DNA of 64,000 nt, from the NCBI GenBank assembly GCA_038060895.1, contig JBBTCT010000009.1, positions 368,082 to 432,081 on the forward strand. Direction: 5' to 3'. Positions 28,894-39,515 of this stretch are shown one piece after another. Numbering within the stretch: the stretch's first letter is position 1; every line of letters starts with the position of its first letter. Under the pieces are notes generated by a model. It made no database searches. It was not told where the DNA came from and worked only from the letters and a program-made list of their open reading frames with translations. The translations under genes and the position numbers were made by a program. The stretch is from Planctomycetota bacterium (lineage in GTDB: Bacteria; Planctomycetota; MHYJ01; WSZJ01).

Positions 28894-31800
28894 TCATTTC
28901 AGGTCGATGGCGTACAGCGAGAAGTCGTCGCACCCCATGAGCGCCTCTGGCGTCCCATCGCCGTCGAGATCCTGGAGCGTCAGACCAAACTCGCAGCGTG
29001 CGCCGAGGTCGAAGCGCCAGCGCTCGGCGCCGGTTTCGAGGTCGAGCCGGAAGACCCGGCCCGCGTAATCGACGCCCACGACGGCGGCCGTCGGCGTGCC
29101 GGGCAGGTTGACCACTCCCAGGGCTCCTCCCGTGCAGTTTCCGGCCTTTGTCCAGAGAGTGGTGCCGTCCCGATGGAGGCGGGCAACGCCCGTCCGCGTG
29201 CCGATGACGAATCCGCCGTCCGGAAGGGGGATTCCGGGATCTGAAGAGCCTCCCACGCCCGGCCGGCGCGCGCGGATGGCGCCGTCTTTCCCCAGGAAGA
29301 CGATTGACTCGGTGCAGGGGACCGCGATCTCGGGCTTGCCGTCGGCGTCGAGGTCATGAGCAAAGGGAGAGCCCCAGGTCCTGTCGCCGGTGGGGGCAAC
29401 CCAGAGCGCGCGGCCATCGAGCGACCAGGCCCCGACCCGGGCATCACTGGCCTCCGCCGAGGCGAAGGCCGCAACAAGCTCCGGCGTTTCGTCCCCCTCG
29501 AGGTCCACGAGCAGCGGGGCCTGAAAGACGGGCTGGGGAATTTCCACGGACCAGAGCGGCTTGTCTTCCCCCATCCTCCGCGCGCACAGCGTCAGCGGAT
29601 AATTGAAGAGAATCGCTTCCGGGCGAGGATCGCCGCCCAGGTCCCGGAGAAGCGCGGTCGGGTAGGGTGTGGACGGAATCGGCGTTGAGGCCAGCTCATG
29701 GCCATCGACTCCGCTGAGGCAGACGAGACGCATGAACTGGTTTCCGGTCTGGGTGAACACGTCGGCCGTGCCGTCCCCGTCCCAGTCGGCAAGCGCCGGC
29801 GGATGCATCACGTCGAACTCCGTCCCGTAGCGCCACAGGACTTCGCCCGTTGCTCCGCGCAGGCAGAGCATCTCTGTCTGGTTGTCTCCGCTTCGCATCG
29901 CCTGCGCAATCGCCGGTTCGCCAAGACGACGGAAGGTGACGGGCCTCGCGCGAACGGCGTTGTCGGAGCGGCGCTTCCAGAGGACTCGTGTGGACCGGAC
30001 GATCTGGATGCCGTAGCCGACGAGGACCCAATCCGGGCGGCCGTCGGCGTCAAGTGTGGTGGCGTGGACCTGTTGAGGGGTGAAGTCGAGCAGGACCTCT
30101 TTCCGAAGGCGTCCATCTTCGCCGATCACGACAAAACGATGGTCCCTGGTTGAGAAGGCGAACTCAGGACCGGCCGGGCCGTCCGCGACTGCGGCGCTCG
30201 TTGCGATGCCGGCGCCGGCGTCGTATTCCCAGAGGCGAAGGCCGGTCGTTGACGAAGTGCAGACCATTCGCGTGCCGGCCGGCGAGCACCAGGACGACGG
30301 AGCGCAGGCCGCGTAGATGCTGCCTTCCCCGGGGCGAGGGATGGGGCCGGAAAACAGGCGACGGCCGGTAGCGACGTCCCACGCCGCGAGGCCAGAAGGG
30401 AGGAAGGAGTAAACGGTGGTCGCTCTTCCCGCCGGCGTTTCCGAGAGCCAGAACTCCGCAGGCTGAACGCCGGCGTGTTTCCACGCGATGGATCCGTCGA
30501 GCGGGTTGATTCCGAAGACGTCGTCGGCGGTCGCGCACGGGATCGGGAGGTCGGCCGGGAGCGATTTGAAGCCGAGTTCGTCGCCCGGAAGTCGCAGGTT
30601 GGGTGGGACGTCGATGCGCCATCGTTCGCGGCCGTCGCGTTCGATGCAGACGAGAATGTCGCCGCCGGAGGCGAGAAAGGCGTCATGTCCCAGTGGGGCG
30701 AGTTGAGGCGAAGGGGCGCCCGGGACCGGAATGGCGGGAGCGGGCTCGGAGTCGCCGGCGCGGGCGCGCCGGACTCCCCCGGGTACGGAGATCCAGAGAT
30801 CGGCGCCGAGGGCGACCGGGCGCGGCCACATCGGCACTTCCGAATCCGTCGGAAATTTCCAGGTCCAGAGCTGCTTCTGGCTCAGCTTGCCGCGGAAAGT
30901 GGCGGTGTCCCCCAGAGATTTGCCCGACCAGAGCGTGACCCTCACTTCGTTTCCGTACCGCCCGACTGTTGCGTCGTCCTCAACGCCGTCGCCGTCCCAG
31001 TCCAGGGATCGCCAGCCTGCCCAGCCGACTTCTTTGTACATCCACGTGGAGCGGAGAAGCTCTCCGGTCGCGCCGTTGACCGTGATCAGGTACTGGCTGA
31101 AATTGCCCGCGACGTCGGCAACGCCGTCGCCGTCCGGATCTCGAAGGGCAATGGGGCCGCGGAAGACGTTGCCCGCGCGCCTCGAGGAGTAGCCGCTTGA
31201 AGGGAGAGAAACCCAGGCGGTCGCGGCGGCGTTCCGTTCGACCTTGAGGAAAAGGGTGCGTGACTCGCATCCGCGCCGGCGGAAAGTGACGCGGCAGTCG
31301 CCTGTCGGAAAGGAGTGGTGCCTGAGCGGGAGGCCGTGGACTTCACCTGCGATCTCGGCGGTCGTGCCAGGTTCGTCGGCGTCGAGGTCGAGGTAACCGA
31401 CGGAGCGCGAAAGACGGATGGGAAGGGTGCGGCGCTCGCCGCGTTCGAGGGAGACTTCGGTCGCGAGATCGTCGAATCCGGGCGCGCGGGCCGTGATCGC
31501 GTGACGGCCGGAAGGAATGCGGACTTCGCCTGATGCAGCGCGCCCGTCGATCTCGACGACGGCTGCCGACGGCTCGAGGTCGATCACGAGGGTGCCCGGA
31601 CGCGAGAATTCCCACGCCATGCCCGCGACAAACGCCGCGAGCGTTGCCAGCACGGCTCCGCTCGCCGCCGGGTGGTGCCTCGCCCATCGGCGCGCGCGAC
31701 GGCCGATTCCCGGCGGCCGCACCGAGACGGGATCGCCCGCGATGAATCTCTCGATGTCCTCCGCAAGCGCCTCCGCGGTCGCATAGCGCCGGGAGCGGTC

Positions 31801-32829
31801 CTTCTCGAGCGCTTTTCCGACAATGAGCCGAAGCTCCACCGGGCCTTGCAGCGGATTCGGCTCGTCGTGCTCGATGCGCCCCAGCACCTCGAGAAGTTCC
31901 GTCCCGGCGAACGGCCGCTGGCCGTCGACCATTTCATGCAGCAAAACTCCCAGCGCCCAGACGTCCGTCCTGATGTCGATGTCGTGCACGCGCCCCGCCG
32001 CCTGCTCCGGCGCCATGTAAAAGGGCGTTCCGAGCGTCTGCCCCGTCACCGTCTTCAGCGTCGAAACACCGGCCAGCGACGCCTTCGCAAGGCCGAAGTC
32101 GAGAATCTTCGGCTCGTCCTGCGGCGTTACGAGCACATTGCCGGGCTTCAGGTCCCGGTGGATGATCCCGTTCATGTGCGCGTGGTGCGCGGCCCGGCAG
32201 ACCTTCACCATCACCCGAAGCCTCTGCTCCAGCGGAAGCCCCTTCGCCCACCTGTCCAGCGGCTTTCCCTCGACGATTTCCATCGTGTAATACCGCCGAC
32301 CGTCCTGCCGGCCGATGTCGTGCACCGCCACGATGTTGGGATGCGTGAGCTGCGCGGCCAGCTCGGCTTCGCGAATGAAGCGCCGCTCGTCGTCCTCCGA
32401 GGCGAAATCCCCGGCGAGCAATACCTTCAGCGCGACTTCGCGCTGGGCGTCGGTCTGCCGCGCGCGGAACACAACCCCCATGCCGCCGCGGGCAATCTCC
32501 TCGAGGATCTCGTATCGGCCGAAAAATCTCGCCGGTGCACTCCTGGAGGTGGCAGGCCTGTCCGGGAACGTCGCGCGTAGCGAAGAGTCCTCGACAGGCC
32601 CCTCGCGAGGCGGGGCAAGCACGGTCTTTTCCAGCGCGCCCGGCTGCGGGGAGATCCTCGTCTGCTCCAACGCGCCACCCCTCGTCGCTTCGAGCCAGCG
32701 TTCCGCGAGAAGCCCCGCGACGTCGCGGCCCGAAGCCGCCGCTTCGACCTGCAGCGCTTCCGCTCTCTCCGCGCTCACAACGCCGCGCGCAAGCGCTTCT
32801 GCGAGAACCGGGTGAAGTGCGTCCTTCAT
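28894..32829 (-). CDS. Membrane Ser/Thr protein kinase with PEGA and PQQ/FG-GAP beta-propeller repeats
   Basis: ARGGMGVV, VALK, HRDLKPGN, DFGLAK, GTPFYMAPE, a TM helix and DxDGDG repeats. ATG 32829 overlaps the upstream stop. Confidence 0.92.
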   Translation of the reverse strand: MKDALHPVLAEALARGVVSAERAEALQVEAAASGRDVAGLLAERWLEATRGGALEQTRISPQPGALEKTVLAPPREGPVEDSSLRATFPDRPATSRSAPARFFGRYEILEEIARGGMGVVFRARQTDAQREVALKVLLAGDFASEDDERRFIREAELAAQLTHPNIVAVHDIGRQDGRRYYTMEIVEGKPLDRWAKGLPLEQRLRVMVKVCRAAHHAHMNGIIHRDLKPGNVLVTPQDEPKILDFGLAKASLAGVSTLKTVTGQTLGTPFYMAPEQAAGRVHDIDIRTDVWALGVLLHEMVDGQRPFAGTELLEVLGRIEHDEPNPLQGPVELRLIVGKALEKDRSRRYATAEALAEDIERFIAGDPVSVRPPGIGRRARRWARHHPAASGAVLATLAAFVAGMAWEFSRPGTLVIDLEPSAAVVEIDGRAASGEVRIPSGRHAITARAPGFDDLATEVSLERGERRTLPIRLSRSVGYLDLDADEPGTTAEIAGEVHGLPLRHHSFPTGDCRVTFRRRGCESRTLFLKVERNAAATAWVSLPSSGYSSRRAGNVFRGPIALRDPDGDGVADVAGNFSQYLITVNGATGELLRSTWMYKEVGWAGWRSLDWDGDGVEDDATVGRYGNEVRVTLWSGKSLGDTATFRGKLSQKQLWTWKFPTDSEVPMWPRPVALGADLWISVPGGVRRARAGDSEPAPAIPVPGAPSPQLAPLGHDAFLASGGDILVCIERDGRERWRIDVPPNLRLPGDELGFKSLPADLPIPCATADDVFGINPLDGSIAWKHAGVQPAEFWLSETPAGRATTVYSFLPSGLAAWDVATGRRLFSGPIPRPGEGSIYAACAPSSWCSPAGTRMVCTSSTTGLRLWEYDAGAGIATSAAVADGPAGPEFAFSTRDHRFVVIGEDGRLRKEVLLDFTPQQVHATTLDADGRPDWVLVGYGIQIVRSTRVLWKRRSDNAVRARPVTFRRLGEPAIAQAMRSGDNQTEMLCLRGATGEVLWRYGTEFDVMHPPALADWDGDGTADVFTQTGNQFMRLVCLSGVDGHELASTPIPSTPYPTALLRDLGGDPRPEAILFNYPLTLCARRMGEDKPLWSVEIPQPVFQAPLLVDLEGDETPELVAAFASAEASDARVGAWSLDGRALWVAPTGDRTWGSPFAHDLDADGKPEIAVPCTESIVFLGKDGAIRARRPGVGGSSDPGIPLPDGGFVIGTRTGVARLHRDGTTLWTKAGNCTGGALGVVNLPGTPTAAVVGVDYAGRVFRLDLETGAERWRFDLGARCEFGLTLQDLDGDGTPEALMGCDDFSLYAIDLK

Positions 32830-35800
32830 CGCAAGTCCACCGAAGTGAGCCACCCGTCGTTCGTCCCGAAAAATGCTTCCGGCACGCCGTCGCCATCAGC
32901 GTCGGCGAGCAGGACGCCGCCTTCGGAAAAGTCGCCGGCGGAGAGGCGAAAGCGTTCGCGGCCGGTCGCGAGGTCGACGACGAACAGACGGCCTGCACGG
33001 TCGATTCCGGCGATGGCCGGGGCGCCGCCGGGGAAGCGGACCAGGCCGAGCGCGCCGACGACGGCTGCGCTGGGGTAAGTCCAGCGGAGCGTTCCGTCGA
33101 GCGCCGTGAGGGCCACGCCGGTCTTCGTGCCCACGACGAGGGACCGGTTCGCCGGGCCGGGGCCTTCGCACTCCCACGGTGCGCAGAAGGAGCCGCCCTG
33201 CCCTTCGCGCCGGGCGACTCGTTTTCCACTCGCATCGAACACGTGCAGGTCCGCGGCTCCCGCCGCCAGCACTTCCAGCTTCCCGTCGCCGTCCACGTCG
33301 ATCGCCGCGGGCGTGGTCCGCATGAACTCGCCCGTCTCAGCGGTCCACAGCGTTTTCCCATCCTGCCGGATCGCCGCGACCCAGCCGCGCTTCATGTCCA
33401 CGCTGCCATACGCGAAGAGGATTTCGTCGCGCGCGTCGCCGTCGAGATCCGCGAGAGCGCTTCCGGCCATGACGAGGCTCGCCTCGACGGACCAGTCGAG
33501 GTCTGTCGCGCCGGAGGTTGTCTTCGCGGCGCCGAGGTTCATAGGGAAGATGGCGTAAGAGGGATTGCCGCGGGAGTCTTCGCCCAGGAATGAAGCGCGT
33601 CCGTAGGAGATCTGGTCGCGGGTGGGGCAGGTAAAGAGCGGGCGGCCGTCGCGGCCGGAAAGGACGCGGAAGGCGGTTTTTCCGGTGTCGTCGTAGCAGG
33701 TGAGCGCGATGTCGGAGACGCCGTCGTGGTCGGCGTCGTGGACGAGAGGCTCAAAAATGGTGTCGAAGCCGCTTCCGGCGCGCCAGAGAAGTTCCCCCGT
33801 GCGGGCGTCGAGGCAGCGCATCTCGGAAGCGCCGTCGTTGCCGCGGCCGGCGACGGCGATGCCGAGGCGGCCGCCTGACGGGATGGCGACAGGCCGAGGC
33901 CGGACAGAGTTCCCGAAGGAGCGCCTCCAGAGGACGCGATTTCCGCGGGCGAGCGAATAGCCGAAGCCGGTGATGATGTAATCCGTCTCGCCGTAGCCGT
34001 CGGCGTCGACGGGCTGGATTCCGTGCGAAGGCGTCAGCAGGGAGAATTCCGAGACCTCCGATCCTGATCGGTCGAACACGCGCAGCCGCAGGTCGTTTGT
34101 GGCGATCGCAACGCGGGCGCCGCCGCGGCTGTCGTGGCACACGGGTGCTGCGAGAAGCGGAGCGCCGAGCGGCAACCGCCACGACTCGCGGCCGGTGTCA
34201 AATTCGTGGCAGCGCAGGGTTGCTTCGTCGACGGTGAAGAGGCACCCTGGACCCGCGGCGGATGTGTCGCCAGCCTCTTTCGACCAGGGGAGCGGTATTT
34301 CCAGTGGCTTGCCGCCCCGGAATGCGTCCCAGCCGCGCAGCGACTCCTGTCCCCAGGCGGCCATGAGCCTTGGCGAGCGCGGGCCTGCGGGAACTTCGAA
34401 GCACGCGATGGCCGGACCGGTGTCCGCGCTCCACAACTCGCGGCCGTCCACGAGGGAGCGGGCCGACAGGAGGCGGTCTCCGGCGAGGCACAGCGGATCC
34501 GTGAAGCGATGCGCTCCGGCGGCGCGAATCGGCTTGACGGCCTGGACGCCGGGGGCGACGTCAATTCTCCACGCGATCTCGCCCGCGGAGTTCAGCCGCA
34601 GGATTTCACGGTCGCGAAATGCAAGCACGTCGCCCTCTACGGTGACCGCCAGGGCCGTCGGCGCCGGGAATTCCAGGCTCTTCAAGGTTTCTCCGTCCCT
34701 CCAGGCCAGCAGCTCCAATCCGCCTGGAATCCCGACCCACACTCCTTCCCGGCACGCCACCATGGGCGGAACGGGCGCGCTCAGCACGTTGACCGCGACA
34801 TCCTTCCTCCAGATCTCGTGCTGGGGAACGCCCTTCGGTCCCGTCGCGGGGTCCGCCTTTGCAAGGCTTCCCGCGCAGACCTGGATTCGGCCTCGCGGCA
34901 TCGCGATTCCCTGGGGAATAAATGTGGAGGCCAGCACGTCGTCCTCGACGCCGTCGCCGTCGGCATCCCACCAGGCCAGGTTCCACGCAGAAGTCCCGTC
35001 CGTCACGCGGGTCACAAAAATCGCTTCTCCGTTTCTGCCGTCAAAGGACAGCAGGACGTTGTACTGGCGGCCGCTGACGTCGGGCACGCCGTCGGCATTC
35101 ACGTCGCGCAGATGGCATTCGGTGGCCCCGGCGTCCGGGAACTTCACGCCCCATGACCCGCTCGAGGGCACGGACCTCCAGAAGCGGGTGGTTTCATCGC
35201 GGCGGACGTCGATGTCGATGAAGCGCGACCACTCGCAGGAGCGGCGGATCACGGCGCGATGCCGGCCGACGGGGAAGGGGTGGTTGGTGAGGGGGGTGCC
35301 GTGGTTTTCGCCGAGGATGGTGACGAACGTTCCCGGCTCTCCCGTTTCGAGCGTCAGTCGACCTGTCGAGACGTCGAGGCGAAACACGTGCGTCCTCCGC
35401 TCTCCGCGCCCGACGACGACCTCCCGCCGCTCGGGCTCGTGGCCCCCGGCGCCTGCGACGAGGACGTGCGCCCCCGGGCGAACGCGGACCGGGCCGCCCC
35501 GTGGAACCCGCGCCCCGTCCACTTCGACCCACGCTCCCGGCGCATCGACCTCGAAAGCGACTTCGCCGTCGCGCGACCACCACCAGCCGCCCACTACGGC
35601 GAGGGTCGTGACGACGGCGACCAGGCCCGCCAACGCCGCCGGATGCCGGCGCGCCCAGCGTTTCGCGGTCACCGACAGTCCCGGCGCGCGCGCCGAGACG
35701 GGCTCCCCGGCAATGAAGTGGTCGAGATCCTCGGCCAGCGCTTCCGCCGTCGCATAGCGTAGATGTTTTTCTTTCGCCATCGCTTTCCCGATGACCGTCG

Positions 35801-36692
35801 CGAGATCGGGCGGGGCGTCGAGGGCGCGCGCTTCTTCCTGCAGGATCTTCCTCGCGACCTCGATCATCGTTTCCGCGCGGAAGGGGACGTCACCCGAGAC
35901 GAGCTGGTACAGGACGACGCCGAGCGCGTAGACGTCGGTGCGGATATCGATGTCCTTGACCCGCCCGTCCGCCTGTTCCGGCGCCATGTAGAAGGGCGTG
36001 CCGATCGTCGCGCCGGAAGCAGTGCTCATCGTGGGCGACGCGGCCGTCACGCCTTTCGCAAGCCCGAAGTCGAGCAGTTTTGGCTCTCCGTCCGCGGCGA
36101 CCAGGATGTTCCCGGGTTTCAGGTCGCGGTGAATCACGCCGCGCATGTGGGCGTGGTGCACGGCGCGGCAGGCTTTCGCAGCGGCGCGAAGCCGTTCGGA
36201 AAGAGGCCGCGACTTCGCCCACCGGTCGAGGGGCTCTCCTTCGACGTACTCCATCGTGAAGAAGAGCCTTCCTCCTTCGCGGCCGAAGTCGTGTACCGCG
36301 ACGATGTTCGGGTGCGACAGCCGCGCGGAGAGTTCCGCTTCGTGCGCAAATCGCCGCTCATCGTCTTCCGACGCCAGGCCGCCGTGCAGCAGGACTTTCA
36401 GCGCGACGGTGCGGTTGACGTCCGTCTGGCGTGCCCGGAAGACGATCCCCATGCCTCCGCGCGCGATCTCAGCCAGGATCTCGTAGCGGCCGAAGCGGCG
36501 GGGAGGCTCGGCACCCCGCGAGGAATAGACGCGCGTGGGGCCGGGGTCCGAGGGAGGCTGCCGGGATTCGCGCACGGACGACTCCGGGACCGACGGGGGA
36601 ACCGGCGACGGCACGTCCGCCACCGGTTTCGACGGTGGCGTCGTGCGCGTCGCTGAAAAGTCGCCAGGTTCCTGGCTGCCAGCCTGCGTCAA
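32826..36692 (-). CDS. Membrane Ser/Thr protein kinase with PEGA and PQQ/FG-GAP repeats (tandem paralogue)
   Basis: Same kinase motifs and architecture as the adjacent gene; TTG start with GAGGAG RBS. Confidence 0.92.
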   Translation of the reverse strand: MTQAGSQEPGDFSATRTTPPSKPVADVPSPVPPSVPESSVRESRQPPSDPGPTRVYSSRGAEPPRRFGRYEILAEIARGGMGIVFRARQTDVNRTVALKVLLHGGLASEDDERRFAHEAELSARLSHPNIVAVHDFGREGGRLFFTMEYVEGEPLDRWAKSRPLSERLRAAAKACRAVHHAHMRGVIHRDLKPGNILVAADGEPKLLDFGLAKGVTAASPTMSTASGATIGTPFYMAPEQADGRVKDIDIRTDVYALGVVLYQLVSGDVPFRAETMIEVARKILQEEARALDAPPDLATVIGKAMAKEKHLRYATAEALAEDLDHFIAGEPVSARAPGLSVTAKRWARRHPAALAGLVAVVTTLAVVGGWWWSRDGEVAFEVDAPGAWVEVDGARVPRGGPVRVRPGAHVLVAGAGGHEPERREVVVGRGERRTHVFRLDVSTGRLTLETGEPGTFVTILGENHGTPLTNHPFPVGRHRAVIRRSCEWSRFIDIDVRRDETTRFWRSVPSSGSWGVKFPDAGATECHLRDVNADGVPDVSGRQYNVLLSFDGRNGEAIFVTRVTDGTSAWNLAWWDADGDGVEDDVLASTFIPQGIAMPRGRIQVCAGSLAKADPATGPKGVPQHEIWRKDVAVNVLSAPVPPMVACREGVWVGIPGGLELLAWRDGETLKSLEFPAPTALAVTVEGDVLAFRDREILRLNSAGEIAWRIDVAPGVQAVKPIRAAGAHRFTDPLCLAGDRLLSARSLVDGRELWSADTGPAIACFEVPAGPRSPRLMAAWGQESLRGWDAFRGGKPLEIPLPWSKEAGDTSAAGPGCLFTVDEATLRCHEFDTGRESWRLPLGAPLLAAPVCHDSRGGARVAIATNDLRLRVFDRSGSEVSEFSLLTPSHGIQPVDADGYGETDYIITGFGYSLARGNRVLWRRSFGNSVRPRPVAIPSGGRLGIAVAGRGNDGASEMRCLDARTGELLWRAGSGFDTIFEPLVHDADHDGVSDIALTCYDDTGKTAFRVLSGRDGRPLFTCPTRDQISYGRASFLGEDSRGNPSYAIFPMNLGAAKTTSGATDLDWSVEASLVMAGSALADLDGDARDEILFAYGSVDMKRGWVAAIRQDGKTLWTAETGEFMRTTPAAIDVDGDGKLEVLAAGAADLHVFDASGKRVARREGQGGSFCAPWECEGPGPANRSLVVGTKTGVALTALDGTLRWTYPSAAVVGALGLVRFPGGAPAIAGIDRAGRLFVVDLATGRERFRLSAGDFSEGGVLLADADGDGVPEAFFGTNDGWLTSVDLR

Positions 36693-36732
36693 GCCGTTCT
36701 CCTCAGCCGAGACGGGCGCGGTCCTGGCAATC

Positions 36733-37695
36733 CTACTTCACCCACTCCGCCTCGATCACTACGGCAAGGAGCTTTCTCCGGTAGTCCTCCGACGGAGGTT
36801 CCGCGGCGACGGCGAGGATGGACTGACCGGGCCGAAGCGTTACCGTCGCGGCGATGCGGGATTCGGAGACTCGCGGCAGTTCGGTCATCGGGGATGCAGA
36901 ATCACTCCCGTGTCGGATTGCGATGAAGGGCCCTTTGACGTCGAACAACCGGCTCATCCGGAGTTCGAATCTGAGAAGCAAGTCGTCAGATCCCGGGCCG
37001 TTCGGAATCGCGGCGATGTCAAGGGCAGAGCCGACCTGGAGCGTCCCGATGACGGGGTTCCAGGCGACCGCCGATCCGGAATCCGCTTTCTCGTATCCCT
37101 TGATGTACGCCAGTTGGCTGGCGATCGAGATCGACCCGGCCTGGCCCGCAAACAGGGTCAACCGTGGTGCGGTCAGCAGGCTCACCCCTTCCTGTTTCAT
37201 CCAACCCGAGATGACGCCGCGAAGCAGCTCACCGTCATAAACGTCGGCGACGCCACCTTCGGCCGCGGCAGCGGACTCCAGTTCGACGAGCAGATCCGCG
37301 TCGAGGTCCAGGTGCCGCGTGGTCACCCGGATAAGTCGGCTCGCGGAGCCGGACATCGCCCGAAGCACCGTCCGTACTCCATCGCGAGCCGCTGGCGAGT
37401 GACGGACGACGATCGCATCCCCGTCCCCATAGAGCGCAGTTCCGAACTCCGGCCCCCAGGTTCCGGGCGCCACAAATCGGCCCAGTGCGCTCACGAGCCC
37501 TTCAACGCCGCCCTCACCCAGGGTCGCCGCTTCCACGACGATCCTCTCGGTAGCGAGCTCCGAAGCGACGGGACTAGCCACCTCCGCCAGTGCCGGCGCC
37601 GGACGGTCGGCAGGAGTCAGCACGGCGTGCGGAGCCGGCGCGGAGGAGCAGCCCGCGATCACTACGGCCCCCAACACAACTGTCCACTTCAGCAT
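36733..37695 (-). CDS. Small secretin-like lipoprotein
   Basis: Lipobox IAGC, N3-like segment (IVVRHSPAARDGVRTVL), LLTAPRLTLFAGQAGSI, PVIGTLQVG, ELPRV...TVTLRPGQS. Confidence 0.65.
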   Translation of the reverse strand: MLKWTVVLGAVVIAGCSSAPAPHAVLTPADRPAPALAEVASPVASELATERIVVEAATLGEGGVEGLVSALGRFVAPGTWGPEFGTALYGDGDAIVVRHSPAARDGVRTVLRAMSGSASRLIRVTTRHLDLDADLLVELESAAAAEGGVADVYDGELLRGVISGWMKQEGVSLLTAPRLTLFAGQAGSISIASQLAYIKGYEKADSGSAVAWNPVIGTLQVGSALDIAAIPNGPGSDDLLLRFELRMSRLFDVKGPFIAIRHGSDSASPMTELPRVSESRIAATVTLRPGQSILAVAAEPPSEDYRRKLLAVVIEAEWVK

Positions 37696-37728
37696 GACCC
37701 GTCTCCTTCAATGGCCCCCCGGCCCCCG

Positions 37729-39051
37729 CTACGCCTTTACGATCTTCTCCCGATGCCGCGTGATCGCCTTCGTCGCGTTGCGCGTATCCACGACCAGCGC
37801 CGCGTTCTCCACGACCATCGCGTAATCGACATCCGAATGGTCCGTCACGATCACCACGGCGTCTTGTTCCTTCACCGACTTCGCCGTCAGCGCGATCGAT
37901 GTCTGCTTCACGTCGTGCTTCCGTCCCTTGCGGATCTTCGGGATGTGCGGGTCGTGGTACGACACCTTCGCTCCGCGTTCCTCCAGCAGCTCAAACAGCT
38001 TCAGCGCTGGCGACTCCCGCACGTCGTCGCTGTTCTTCTTGTAGGCGACGCCCAGCAGGAGGACTTTCCCGTTATGAAGCGTCTTCCCGCGCCGGTCCAG
38101 CGCTTCGGCCAGCCGCGTGACGACATAGTAGGGCATCTGGGTGTTGATCTCGCCCGCGAGTTCGATGAACCGTGTCGTGACGTCAAACTGCCGCGCTTTC
38201 CACGAGAGGTAGAAAGGGTCGATCGGGATGCAGTGCCCCCCGAGGCCGGGGCCCGGAGTGAAAGGCTGGAAGCCGAAGGGCTTGGTCGAAGCGGCCTCTA
38301 TGACTTCCCAGACATCGATGCCCATGCGGTCGAAGACGACTTTAAGCTCGTTGACGAGCGCGATGTTGACGCATCGGTAGATGTTCTCGAGCAACTTGGT
38401 GGCTTCCGCTGCCGCGGCACTCGACACCGGGACCACCTTCGTGACGGCCTTTCCGTACAGCGCGGCGGCGACGCGCCCGGACGCCGCGTCGAGTCCGCCG
38501 ACCACTTTCGGGATCCGCTCCGTGGACCAGTTCGGATTCCCGGGGTCCTCGCGCTCGGGGCTGAAGGCGAGGAGAAAATCCTTCCCGCACTTCAGTCCGC
38601 TCTTCTCGAGAATCGGCTTGCAGACCTCCTCCGTCGTCCCCGGGTAAGTGGTGCTCTCCAGCACCACCAGCTGCCCTTTGCGAAGCCTCTTCGAAATCGC
38701 CTCGCTCGTCTTCTCGATGTACGTCATGTCCGGGTCGCGCGTCTCCGTCAACGGCGTCGGGACGCAGATGAGGATCGCGTCGGGCTCGTTGAGACGGTCG
38801 AAGTCGTCGGTCGCCTCGAATCCTTTGTCGCGCATCGCGCGGATGGTCTCGCCGCTGATGCTCTTGATGTAGCTGCGCTTCTCCGCGAGCGCCCTGATCT
38901 TCTCCGGGTCGATGTCGAATCCCAGCACCCGCAGGCCCGCCTGCGTGAAAACGCGCGCCAGGGGGAGCCCGACGTAACCCAGACCGACGATTCCAACCTG
39001 GGCCTTGCGGGTCTCGATCTTTCCCAGAAGATCCTTCTCGATGTCGCTCAT
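37729..39051 (-). CDS. Nucleotide-sugar dehydrogenase (UDP-N-acetylhexosamine 6-dehydrogenase, WbpA/TviB-like)
   Basis: GLGYVGLPLA, CVPTP, ESTTYPGTT, SPEREDPGN, KLLEN, GGHCIPIDP, DVRESP. Confidence 0.93.
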   Translation of the reverse strand: MSDIEKDLLGKIETRKAQVGIVGLGYVGLPLARVFTQAGLRVLGFDIDPEKIRALAEKRSYIKSISGETIRAMRDKGFEATDDFDRLNEPDAILICVPTPLTETRDPDMTYIEKTSEAISKRLRKGQLVVLESTTYPGTTEEVCKPILEKSGLKCGKDFLLAFSPEREDPGNPNWSTERIPKVVGGLDAASGRVAAALYGKAVTKVVPVSSAAAAEATKLLENIYRCVNIALVNELKVVFDRMGIDVWEVIEAASTKPFGFQPFTPGPGLGGHCIPIDPFYLSWKARQFDVTTRFIELAGEINTQMPYYVVTRLAEALDRRGKTLHNGKVLLLGVAYKKNSDDVRESPALKLFELLEERGAKVSYHDPHIPKIRKGRKHDVKQTSIALTAKSVKEQDAVVIVTDHSDVDYAMVVENAALVVDTRNATKAITRHREKIVKA

Positions 39052-39470
39052 TTAGCGAAAGTCTCCACGATCTTGTAGACCCACGCGCCGAAGAGGCCGG
39101 CCCAGAAGCCGATGGTCGCGTGTTTTCCGTAGCGATTGAAGCGGCGCTCGACGGTGCCGCCAGTGAAAAGAAAGACGAGGGAGGCGAGTCCGGCGGCCAC
39201 GGTGGCGGTGAAGAGGGCGACGCCCATGGGTTGGGCCTTGACTGCCTGCCAGGGGTGCCCGTGCGCCATGTGGGCCCACGAGGTCGTCATGCCGCAGGAG
39301 AAACAGGGGATGTGGGTCCATTTGAGGAACATGCAAGGAGGGAGGCCGAGGCGTTCGTGGGTGCCCATGCCGGTGGGGGAGGGGGTGACGAGGGCGGAGA
39401 CGATGACGAGCCCCGCCGCGATTGCTACGAGCACCGAGTTTACGAGGCGATCCTGGTGGGTCGGCGACAT
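39048..39470 (-). CDS. DUF2752 family membrane protein
   Basis: GTHERLGLPPC...PCFSCGMTTSW; its stop overlaps the next ATG. Confidence 0.85.
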   Translation of the reverse strand: MSPTHQDRLVNSVLVAIAAGLVIVSALVTPSPTGMGTHERLGLPPCMFLKWTHIPCFSCGMTTSWAHMAHGHPWQAVKAQPMGVALFTATVAAGLASLVFLFTGGTVERRFNRYGKHATIGFWAGLFGAWVYKIVETFAK

Positions 39471-39483
39471 CCGGGAGGATTTT

Positions 39484-39512
39484 GCCACAGAGGACACAGA
39501 GAGCACAGAGGA
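39484..39512. repeat. Left 29-bp inverted repeat (three CACAGAG-core 9-mers) flanking the GxxExxY gene
   Basis: GCCACAGAGGACACAGAGAGCACAGAGGA; 28/29 identical to the reverse complement of 39891-39919. Confidence 0.9.
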
Positions 39513-39515
39513 AGG

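Noticed and set aside
36535-39078. 847-aa plus-strand ORF and many similar long alternative-frame ORFs
   Set aside because: Antisense to well-supported genes; expected from stop-codon scarcity at high GC.
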